Of a DNA stretch of 64,000 nt, positions 24,866-35,942 are shown piece by piece. The stretch comes from Psammoneis japonica (lineage: Eukaryota): the NCBI GenBank assembly GCA_008632985.1, contig QPGO01000249.1:1-64000 (forward strand), in the 5' to 3' direction. The notes below the pieces were generated by a model. It did not search any database. It had not been told where the DNA came from and saw only the letters and a program-made list of their open reading frames with translations. Numbering within the stretch: the stretch's first letter is position 1; each line of letters begins with the position of its first letter. Made by a program: the position numbers and the translations under genes.

Positions 24866-26100
24866 TCTGTTACGTTTTATAAATGAGACAGTAGAAAGTG
24901 AGACAACAGCAGGAGTGCTTTCGATCACAACGTTCGGTGTGTGTATGTGGTGCTGTCGTCGCTCGGTGCTCGGTGATCGAAATCGATCGATCGAGTCCGC
25001 CAGCTTTTTACCGTTGGTTACCGTTATTTTCCTGATAAGGTACAACGACCCCGATGTACATGATGTACGTAAGAAAGTCTCGATGCGAGGTCGCGCTCTC
25101 CAAAAAACTCGTTAGAACACACACACACTCTCTCTCTCCAACGTTGTCTCGAATAATCTCTCGCGGTCCCAGTGGCCATGGCTGAATTTTTTTCGCGGTG
25201 AAGCACGAGAAGCAAACGACCCGATTTTGCACACAAAAAATGGCATGCTGCACTTTGGCGCATCTCGCCAGGGGATGCATTGGCGGTGTGTTCTGGCTGC
25301 AAGGAGGGGGGGTCTTTTTTCTGCCTTTGACACAAAGAGGTTGAGACACTGGTTCAGTTCCCAGGGGTGCTCTGGTTGCCATGCATGGCACAGATGATTG
25401 TGTGCCTTGACTCACCTGTTGGCCTGTTCCAGCTCCAGGTGCTCCGCTTTTCATCACACACTAGATTTTCTGCGCAGTTTTCAGCGCGCCCCAGACATTT
25501 TTGTCTCCACCCGGCAGAGCTCGCACTTTTTGGCTTTGTGCAAACATTGATCATTTCAATGATGCAATGTGTTCATGATGTCAATGCTCATCTACAACAA
25601 CTGAGGTGCATCATGCGTCACAGGAAGAATCGTGTCAGTTGGCATTTGATGTTTTTCTGGCGATGTGCAGAACAATGCTGACTTGTACGAACACGTGCCG
25701 TCCACCCAACACACACCAGGCATGACACAGCACACCACTGTCACTGCTCCACAACCCCCTCTTTGCCCTTGCGGTTGTGTGGAACCATCTGTTCCTTTCA
25801 TTTCAAAGTTGCGTTGTTGTTGTCGCAATGCGATTGCGGCTCCAAAGAGTTGCTGTCATTGTGGATGACACCATCTCTTCGCACTCTCTTGTTTCAAATT
25901 CGGCAAGTCAATTTATCATGTTTTTTTTACATGTCACCATGCACGTGTGTTTTTCTGGTTGCTTCTCACATCTTGTTTTATGGCTGTTTTGCACCAGGGC
26001 CTTCAGAATTTCTGCAAAACTCAAGCATTCGCCCGAGCGTTCTCCGAGCAACAGTTGCCACTGGAACAAACTTGTCTTGGTTTGTTTTCACTGTGACGCT

Positions 26101-26356
26101 TGCTGTTTGCACTTTTCAGCATCTGGAACTGCCTCAGAGGTTGCCTCTGTTCATCTGCATCACTTTCGCGGTTGCTGACGTTGGCCCCCTCTCTGGAGTG
26201 CATTTGTCGCACAAGCGGGAGCGCAGCTTTGCTGTTTGACACTTTTCAGCATCTGGAGCTGCCTCAGAGGCTGCCTCTGTTCATCTGCATCACTTTTTCA
26301 GTGAATGACATTGGCCCCCTCTCTGGAGTGCATTTGTCGTGCAAACAGGAGTGCAA
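26101..26356 (+). repeat. Tandem duplication, unit about 129-130 bp
   Basis: TGCTGTTTG..ACTTTTCAGCATCTGGA..TTGGCCCCCTCTCTGGAGTGCATTTGTCG starts at 26101 and 26230. Confidence 0.9.
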
Positions 26357-26815
26357 AAGCAGTGCAATCACCATGGACATGTTGGCCAAAGTGACCTCCC
26401 AGCAGCATCCCGTTGGCGGCAGTTCCCCTCAAGCAAACGACGACTCTTCCAGCATGTTGAAGGTTCCCTTTTGTGTCCAGCGTTGCATCAAGGCACTCGC
26501 AGAACATTGCCCACCGCAGGGCAAAGCCAAAACTTGGCACACTGTGCCTCTCCAAGATGCAGTTGATCCCCTTGCGTGCCCTCAAGGTCTTGTAGATTTG
26601 AGCATCTTGACCACAGAAGATCGTGGAACCAAGAAGACGAGCCCTCTCTTTCATGTTCTTCATCACAAGAATGGCTTCAATGGGTTCAACAGTGCCAAAA
26701 CACGGAACATGTTCTGCAGCGCTGTTGTCGATTGGTTTTGTGAAAATGCGCGTCGTGCGTTTTTACACCCCGAATTGCACCCCTTCGTCATGACTGCAAT
26801 GGGTCTAAGGACAAG

Positions 26816-27681
26816 GTGGGGTCGATTTGCAACCCACCACAGATTGCCAAACTGAAGAGATTGACTGAAGTGGAGATTCAAAAACTTCCACCTGTTGGGT
26901 GGGGAGCTGACTTCATTGGCTGCAGCTTGGGGAGGGGAACCGTCCCATGCATGCAACCCTGGATTGGGCTGAGTGCAATTTCAAGTTTTGGCTTCCAGAT
27001 GTGTGGAAAGATTTGAAAGAATTGAAGCCATCAGATGGTTGTTGCTCCTTGCCAGAAGGAAACATGTTGATGCCATTGAACAGCAACCAGCTGATGAGTG
27101 GTCCACCCACAAAATTCCTGCAAGGACAAAACGACACTTGCATTTTTTCCTCCCTGGCCAGTGTTCTTGGTTGTGCTGGTGACGTGGAAACGAGAGACTG
27201 CATTGCTTCTCACATTCAAACATCTGCCAACTGTGCTGACACTGACAACAAGCACATGTTGTTTGCAAAGCACATGTTGAGCGGTCGTTTGAAGGGAAAA
27301 TTCCCACCTGCGAACTCAAACATTGGGTTTTGTGGCAATGTGGATCAAACAATTTCCCTTGCAGCAGGTGGCAAATTTGATGTGACGACCTGCAATGATG
27401 ACTTCACAACTTTGTGCCATCTTGTGAACAACCACTGCATTGCCTTGCACTGTGGTTGGATCTTTGATTCCAACCACCCTTTTGCATTGAAAGCAAAGGA
27501 CACTGAGTGCTTGAATTGGTGTCTTGGGAATGAGGAACATGAGGTGAAATGTGTGGTGAAAAAGCGTCTGCAACAAGTGTTCATGGCGCACCAGTTCGAA
27601 CTTCCCAGGGCGGTGCAGCAGCAGTTGCACACAAAAAGGAAAGCTTTTGTGTTGGATGGTTGGTCCAGTTGCACAATGTAA
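26816..27681 (+). pseudogene. Papain-like cysteine peptidase-type domain (transposon cargo), degenerate
   Basis: LDWAE(C)NF, Q..DTCIFSSLASVL and NHCIAL..WIFDSN..AL..LNWC give a Cys/His/Asp spacing; frameshift near 26945; no Tyr. Confidence 0.55.
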
Positions 27682-30600
27682 AGTGACAATGACAGTGTTC
27701 ATTCATTTTCCCATTGCCATTTTGTTTGTCCGACTCATCACTGTCACTGTCCCCTGCTGCGATCTCATCATCCTTTGCAGTGTCTTCCTTGTCATCATTC
27801 TCTCCCTCCCACTCACCAGCTTTGCTGTCTTGTTCCTCCACCTCATCCAAACAGTTCTCAAAACAATCCATTGCCTCCCGCTGTCGGATGGCATCCAGAA
27901 TTCCTTCATGCTGACTTGTCATCACTCAAATGATGTGGGTCAAGAAGTGAAGCCTCACTCCTGTTGCACTGCATGCACTTGGCAGTTCCAGATTGGCCGA
28001 TGATTCATCAAGCTCAATGTTGGCAATTGCAATTTGCTTGAGCAACACTCTTGTCTTGCATTCCTCAGCATCACCAGGAGTGTGCCATCCTCCAGCCCGT
28101 GGAACAGGGTTAAGATGTGTTCCCTTGCAAACCCATTCACCGGCTTTGACAGTTGTGGGTGGGTCAAACTCTTTCCACACCTCATCCTCCTGTGCTTTGT
28201 GGGGGAGTTCATCCCATTGCAGCAGACAGAAGCCCTCCTCAGATTCACAAGACAATGCGGCACAGCTGTTTGGAACAATTTCCTTGGCCATTTCCTCAGT
28301 CAGGAAGTCCAACACAGATTTGTGAACCAACTGCACCTTGTCAGCGTCACTCTTTTTGTCTGTTTGAATCACCTGGCACACTTGCCAATCGTTCAGTCCC
28401 TCAAAGATGGGCCACAGTTTGCAAGCTCGGTTGCCACCTGCATGTCGTGGCTGCTCTGTTGGCTCAACATTTTTAACCCATGGCCATTTGAGCTGATCCA
28501 GGCAGGCTTCACAAGCACAAGGAATTCTTTGCATGGCAATCCAACCAACGGGGAAAAGAGGTTCAAATCAGAAACAGTGCAAGGCTCCAATGCCACAATG
28601 GCATGTGCACACTTGCACCAATCCAATCAACTTGACTTTGATTGAAGAGCCAAGAACTTTGTCAGCTTCCTGCAGACAATGCACCCTTTGCATTGGCTTT
28701 CAAAGGGATTCCCTCTTGGCATGTTTTCTGACACCAACTGCGCCGAAAGCATTCTTTTGTTCTTTGTGACCATTTTGCAACATTCCTTGGCACAACTGTG
28801 TGCAGCTGCAACACTGTTGTCATCCATGACCAAAGCTTCAGGTCCAATTTTCCCATCCTTGTCATTGACTCCTGCAACAGTTGTGGGCTGCATTTCTTGA
28901 GGTGCGAGTGATTTGATGTGGGCTCCAATGCCATCAACCTCTCCTTTGCCATGTCCAGGTGCTCCAATGGCACGGTCAAACACAATGTTGCATTTGTGCA
29001 CAAACACAGACAACAAGTGCAGTGCCAAAGCACATCGGTGCTGTTTGGCACAACCATCAGTGTGATCCCAAATCACAAGCCACGCCTCACACAGGTTGCA
29101 GTTTTTTAACCAGGTGACAAACTTTTCCAAGTGAGCATGGGTGGTGGTGGCATGTTGCTTGGAAGAGTCAGAGAGGTGCGCATGATGTGTTTTCTGAAGC
29201 TCGTTGTCAACCATTGCATCGCAAACTCTTCCTTCAGTTGACAATGTTCGGTTGTCGCCACAATGGTCACCCTGAACTTGGTTGTTGAACTCTGCCTTCT
29301 GATGCTCGGAGCAGTCATGAGACGTGAATGGGCTGTTGGGTGTTGACTCAAATGCTTTGCAGCACATTTCCATGCAATGATTTTTCCCAAGAATGGCCGC
29401 GTGGGGAAGGTGGTGGCAGAGCTTCTTTAAACTTGGAATGCAGTGCTCTTTTGTAAAGACCCTGACTGGTTTTCAGTTCGTCTCACCTTTGCATCCTTGT
29501 TCCCATCTGGATCTGCCTCACAAACAGGACATGCTTCCATGCACACACCATGCTTGGAACAACTTTTTACAGGCAATCAATGTTGAAACGAAATTTGGGG
29601 CACACTGGGACTTTCATTCTGTTCCAACAACGGAGTTGGATGGGATGGGCAATGCTTGCATTCACCCAAAATGCATTTCCAATGAGGATGATCCTGACCA
29701 TTGACATTGCCACAAACGATGGTTGCAACTGCATCTTGGGCCCCAGGATGAAGGTGATGGCTGTTGGGGCCAAACGCTTCCTCTTGACAGACACACATTG
29801 TTTCCTCTGATTTGCCAAGGGCACTGTCACAGTTCTCCAAGTTCTCAGGATCCTCACTTGCAAGCTTCAACTGATTTTGCTCCACCTCCATCTCTTTTAA
29901 AAGCTTCCTTCGAAACCTGTTCAATGCATCTTGTAGAAAATTGGCGCTGGTGCAATCACTGCATTGACACATGCTGTGTTGACTTGCGTTCATTTTTCGA
30001 CACTGCTTGGGAATCAAAAATCAAAACATCGTGTCACTGATGAGGGTCTTGCCATTGGCATCACGTGCATGTTCAAATCCACCAACAGACACAGGCTTCA
30101 ACATGTTGTTGTGGAGCTCACGCGTGGACACATTGCGCAACCATTTGTTCACTCGTTTCTTGTTTCCATCTTCATCTTTGATGAGAATCATGTCTCGTGT
30201 GTTGGGAGACTGCACTGTGTCAGGATGATTTGACAACCAGTGCACAAATGCCTTGTGGATCTCAGGGGAAACTTTGTGAGGATGCCGACGGGGTTGCACT
30301 GAAGACCACATGACATCGTCAGTGTTTGAAATCAAGGCCTCTCTGCGGCAATCTTTCCCTTCTTCATTTGGCGACAAACAGTGCTCCAATTCAGGCCAAG
30401 TGCCTTGGCGCAGTCATGGGAAGACAACTTTTCCTCATCAGCAGATTTTTCTGGTGAACCGGAGATTTCAGTTGCCAGAGCACAGACAAATGATTTTTTG
30501 TCGTCGGTGAGGTGTTGACCATTGCTGGTGTCGTTGGCACGTGCCCACATTTTGCCCAACTGCTTGGTCATCTGCAAGGCCACATCTCCGAATGGACAAT

Positions 30601-30700
30601 TGCAGCCACACATCAATGACGGTCTAACAGAGCTTTTGTTGCAATGGTCCAAAAAGCGACGAATGTTTAGACACCTTGTCTGCTGCATCAATGTCATCAT
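27581..30700 (-). pseudogene. Sola2-like DDD transposase, inactivated
   Basis: WDHTDGCAKQ(H)RC, GAPGHGKGEVDGIG, RIPCACEAC, MCQCSDC and CSKHG motifs; in-frame TGA at likely Arg positions (30021-30023, 28568-28570, 27926-27928) plus frameshifts. Confidence 0.75.
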
Positions 30701-31209
30701 CGGCTCCGGCGGGTTTTTGACAATTTCTCTGTGTTGTCGCCACGGGGATGGTCTGCACGCTCATCCGGAGCACGCCGGCCATGCCAGTTTGAAGTCATTC
30801 AAGGCCTGGGTCTTGTGGCTTTGATGAGAGAAGATGTCTCCTGGCTGCAATCCGAGCAATCAAATTGATGATGTCAGCTTGGCCTCTCTGAGAACGTGAA
30901 AAAAGATGCTGCGTGAAACACAGCAGCAAGTTTGCGCATGTGCTTGGTTTTTCCCGCCTTTGTGCACTGCAAATGTGTCCAAGGGTTGTGCTGATGATCA
31001 TCCTGTGGTTCAATTAAAACCAGAATCTGCCTGCTCAGTCCCTTGGTTTGGTTTTGCCGCGGGACTCCCCAAAATTCCCCGGGATTGCCACCTTTTGCTC
31101 TCTGCGATTTTCCACGGGAAGCATGATTTCCCGGGGAATCGGCACGAGCTGCACTTCGTCACACATGCACCACACACGTGAATGAAAAATTGCACATTGG
31201 CAATTCCCT

Positions 31210-31890
31210 GTGCTTCCCTTCTCACACATTTCTGCATCTTCTGCATGCCGGGACGCAGGAGCCAGACAATCGACCGACCGCAACAAAAAAAATGGGCAAC
31301 ACGCCATGGCGCGTTCGCACCACATTTTATGATGGCTTTTGTCTGTCAATCATGACACCATTCAATGCATTCGACAACATCAATTGAGCGGGATCTGCAT
31401 CACAAAACACAAGATGAAATGTGGTTGCTCATGTGCAGAATGCCAGCGCAATTTTGAGTCGTCAGCCGTCAGTTGTTCTTTTGTCGTGCAGCCCAAAATG
31501 CAAGCCACAAGCCACACAGCATTCAGAAAGGCAAGCCACAAGGCATCCAGTGTGAAGGACAAGGCAAAATTAGAGTCGCACATGGTCAACAAAAATGTGG
31601 CAGATTGATCGACAATGTTTGTTCTTCCCTTTGACCTGTCTTGTGCACAGAACACAGTGCATCATGCATTCCTTCTTGTGTCGTGTGGTCACAAATGCAA
31701 ACCACAACGGCTCCAGAGAGCAGAGGCCAAGGCAAAAACAGAGCCGCACATGAGCAATGTCAACATGCATGATTCAATGGCGAAGTTCATTCTTCCCTGA
31801 CTCTGCCATTGGGGGCTGCTTTGTGTCGATTTGCCATTTTGGGGAATCCCCAAACGGGTGAAACCAAGCCAAGCTCAGCCCTTGTCTCAT
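31210..31890. mobile_element. Third copy of dispersed repeat family A
   Basis: Aligns to 14270-15250 (ACGCCATGG, GTCAATCATGA, TTCAATGCATTC, CCATTTTGGGGAATCC). Confidence 0.8.
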
Positions 31891-33249
31891 CTTCTTTCTC
31901 TTTTCTTTTGTCACATCACGATGCTTTTCTTCTCTGTGCGTGAGGTCTTTGTGCAGCAACTGCCCTTGGGAACACTGAGACATGGCTGCAGACACACGCT
32001 GTCAACAACACCTGTGTCCACTGTGTTGTGGGGTTGTTTTCAACATGGGACAAGACAAATGCACCAAATCCATGTGCAAAGTGCTTGTCACAGTCAAGGT
32101 TTTTTCTTTGCCTGACAGTTTCTTGTTGTGCAGACTGCATCATGTGTCAGAGATCTCTTCCTTTTGTGGGCACACGTTTGCCATTGTGGCATTCTCAATC
32201 ATGGCCTGCTGGCCCATCAGCTTGGGTTTCACCTTGCGTGGCACATGGCATGCTGTGGCATGAGTTTGCTGCTCCTTGATTGCATCAACACTTTGTTCTC
32301 CAGGTTTGTGCCATTGGGGGCAATGTCTTCTGGCATGTCCTTGAACTCAGGGTTGCACTCAACAAAGGCAATCTCAAACAAACCAATGTTGTGCTGGTGC
32401 AGCATCATGTCAAAAGCACTGCACATGTCAGCATGTTTCTTGGATCACAGCCTCACACTTGGCTGATGACACTTGATTGTCTTGCCATCAGCTGCACTCA
32501 GGATCTTCGCTCTGCATGCTTCTGCAATGCCAGCACAAAGGATTGCACCTTTTTTTCTGTTTCTCACTTGTCTTGGGTGGGACTGCAACAATTTTGTTCC
32601 TCTTGTGGGGTCAGCGGGAGTGTTTGGTCTTTCCTTTTAGCATGTTGACAGGTGTCCCCCAATGTCTGCCATTCTGCCCACATCAACAACAAGCACCATG
32701 GACAGATTCTTCACCTGGTTTGATCTTAAAAACACACCAGGGATTCCAGCCTCACAATGTGGTGCATGAGTGCTTGCTTGGTGCTTTGGAGCTCTGCTCT
32801 TCCGTTGGAGCTGCAGCTTCTCTGGGTGCACTTCTGTGCTTCTTGTTGCTCTTCTTTTTCCAAGCTTCTTCTTTGTCTTTGACAGCATGTGCTCACACGC
32901 AACTTGCTTTCTTGGAGATCTTTTGTGCAGCCAAAGAACTTTTGGCTTGGTCCAAAGGTGCATGGTCCAATGTTGTTGACTTTGAACACCAAAGCTTTCT
33001 TGCCAGTCTTCTTGTCCAGCAGCCAGAGCTCATGATCCGGCACTTGGCCATCATGTGTGATGTGGCATTTGTTCTTCACACCCTTTGAACTGAGAACATT
33101 TGCAGTCACCTTTTGTGGCACAAGCTTTGTGCCCCACCACCTGGGCATGGTCCAGCCCTCATCTCAAGCATCCGCTCCTGTGCATTTGTGGGGAGCTTCA
33201 TTTTGACCTTTGCCATTTGCGCACCATGCACCTGACCTCCAGCCAGCTG

Positions 33250-33950
33250 CCATGCTGAGGGTGAACCATCATTGAGGATGATCTCATCTGTGCTGATGCA
33301 TCTTTGTTGACTTGGCTTGAGCTCATCTCTGGTTTCTTGCCAAGCAACCAGCTGCAACAAATGCCGAGCAGATTGATTTGCATCCTTGTGTGCACAGCTT
33401 TCTTCTGGCAACCTTGAGCCAATTGTTGTGCATGATTTCATTCTTGCACTTGAAGTTTTTGGGGCTGTGTGGCTCAACTCACTGCAGCAGGGGCACACTG
33501 TGGTGTTGCTCTTGCTGCTCTTCTGGGCTTGACTTTGGCCCTTTGTTTTGATCAAACCCCTTGCCCTTGTTTTCATTCTCTTGTTGTCCCAGTCATTTGC
33601 ACACTTGCTGTTCTTCTTGTTGTTTCTCTTGTGACAAAGGTTGTCATCTTTTGGATGACTCAACAGTGCACCCATTGACTTCTTGAGGGTCTTCAGACAT
33701 GTGTCCTTTCCCAGGCTGCAATCTCTGATGAAGCTCTTCTTCAAGCTCTTGTGCAAGCAATCGTCGCTGTTCTCATCAAACAGGCACAATGCCACCCATG
33801 TCTTGAATGCCGCATCTTTCTTTTCCCCTTGTTTCCTTGTGGCAGTGTTGTCCTCATGCTCTTTGGCATTCTCAACAAACACACTGGCATCTTCTTGCCA
33901 ATGCTTTCACCTGTGGCATCTTTTGCTGGTTCTTGAGTCTTTCAACATGA
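33250..33950 (-). pseudogene. Ty1/copia (CoDi-like) gag, zinc knuckle and protease remnant
   Basis: LFDENSD..(H)KSL..D(C)SLGKDT(C)LKT..LLSH..D matches the diatom copia gag pattern NSD..YGSL..SLG.D.YPKT; CPCCSELSHTAPK knuckle; IILNDGS resembles the protease ILLDxGS. Confidence 0.65.
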
Positions 33951-35942
33951 CTCGTGCTCCTGTTGTTTCGTGCCCAGCATGCTCTGGGTTGATCTGGGGG
34001 CAAGGGTGCAAAATGGGTGTCAACCTCTCATGGAGTCAAAAGCAAGTGACTGGATTGGCTTTGTTGGCTTGGCTGGATCATCTCCAATCATTGCACTGTG
34101 GTTGGCTGGTTGGATGCAACAAAAACACCTGATTTTCTTGGTGAATTGAGAATCCTCACACCCGGGTTCCTTTGGGCAGCTTTGACTGCCACAAGCCTGG
34201 AGCATCATCACCAAGCAGACAGAAAGCTGCACATTTTCATGCTGTGTGATGACACAACTTGAGCTTGCATGCATGTGATGCAACACACAACAAACAACAG
34301 AAAAGCTGCGTGCCCCACCATGTGGCTTGTTTGTTTGCATGCAGATGGCTGCGCTGCTGACATCAAGGTGAGAGCAGCACCCCTGCACAACAGCAAGACA
34401 GCACTTGGCTCAATGATTGTGTTGAAATTTTTGTTTGTGCTTGCTTTTCATCATGCTGCATTTAAACATGCCAACAAGCAGCATTCTTTCTGACCTTTTT
34501 CACTTTTCCACTGTCTTCATGACAGCAGCGCATGAGGCAGCAGGGAGTTTGCGCACACATGCTGTCAGCGTCATGGCTGTCTTTTCATTGTGCATCACAA
34601 CTCATCACTTTAGAGGCCCTGTTGCTTTTTCAACAAACACGGCAGATGAATTTTTGTTCCTTCGTTGGCTGCATCACAGTGCAGCACGGCAGCGTGCTTT
34701 GTGACAGGACAGCGTGCAAGACTCAGCGTTGCAGTGGACGGGAGCTCCGATCCATTGGCAGCTGGGCCTGGAAATGGATCAAAGTGGCTTTCCTTCCTTG
34801 CATCTGTGCGTGATCCACGTGGGAGCCAATTTCACCTTCAGCAGTGGGCACACTCTGCTGGCCAACCACCCGCTGCTTGGCCGTTGGGCAACAATCTTCT
34901 TGCATGGCCAAAAAAACAAAAACACGGCAAACAAATGAAAAAGGCAAAATGCCAACAAATGGGCAAGCACTTCAGCCAGAGATGGGTCGAGGCACACAAT
35001 GCAGGTGTGCGCGCTTGCCAAGGCAAAGCGGCAAATGATGGCCTGCAACCCACGTGCCCTTTGTCGCCAGAGCGCTGCTTCTTAGCTGTTGGCAAATCCT
35101 GTCCCATCACTGCAGCTTCTCCCACACACTCTTCCTGGCAGCTCTGCCAACAGCCATGGTTTTCTGCCCTTCAGCCACAACAGCAGGAGCTCTTTCTTCT
35201 TTTCGGCGCAGGCAACAACCCGGCAAACGACGCCCTCTGTGATGTGATGAGAGCACAAGCTGGGCTGGCTGCTGGCATGGCTGACTTCCAAGAACCAAAG
35301 TGCGGCAGCTCCATCACGCATGAGTTGCTCTGCACAGCATGTTTCAGTGCAAATCCCGCCAGCAGGAGATGCGCTGACGACGCCTTTGATCATTGCATCT
35401 AGAGAGGAGAGCGACACAGGCAGGAGTGTGCATGGACGGGCGAGGTTTGCTTTGTGTGCGTCATCACGTCATCCGTGTCAAATGACGTTCCTTCTTTTTG
35501 ACTTCGCTTCCGTTGTCGAATCCGGAAGAAACGTGAGTCAGGACACACGCACGGACGGCTACGAGCTTCCATCTGTTTCCTACGTGAACCTGTATGTACA
35601 AATGTACCAATCGGAACTTCAACAGACACTTATGAATTCCAATCTTTTTTGCGAATTCCGATCAAAGCAGCTGGAAAAAATCCAAAAACACGAACAAGAG
35701 TTCGCGGATCGCGGTCAACACCCTTCGTAACTCTTGCTCTTGTTGTTGCCACAATCATCTCTCTCCGTGCAACACATTGCATAGACTTGCGTCGTCGTCT
35801 CGTTGTTGCATCGACTTGCTATTTCGACTCGATTCAACCACACGTACGCACACTCGTAAACGACATTCCTTCTTTGTTGTCCGTGCATTGCACTTTTTTT
35901 TATTGGTTGTTGTGTGCGCGCGCAAAAACAAACAGCAGTCAC

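Larger units (their letters stand above)
25200..35420. mobile_element. Nested transposon block (Sola2-like, family A, copia-like); TpA nearly absent, CpG partly retained
   Basis: Contains the pseudogenes listed below; sharp composition change relative to the flanking genes. Confidence 0.85.
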
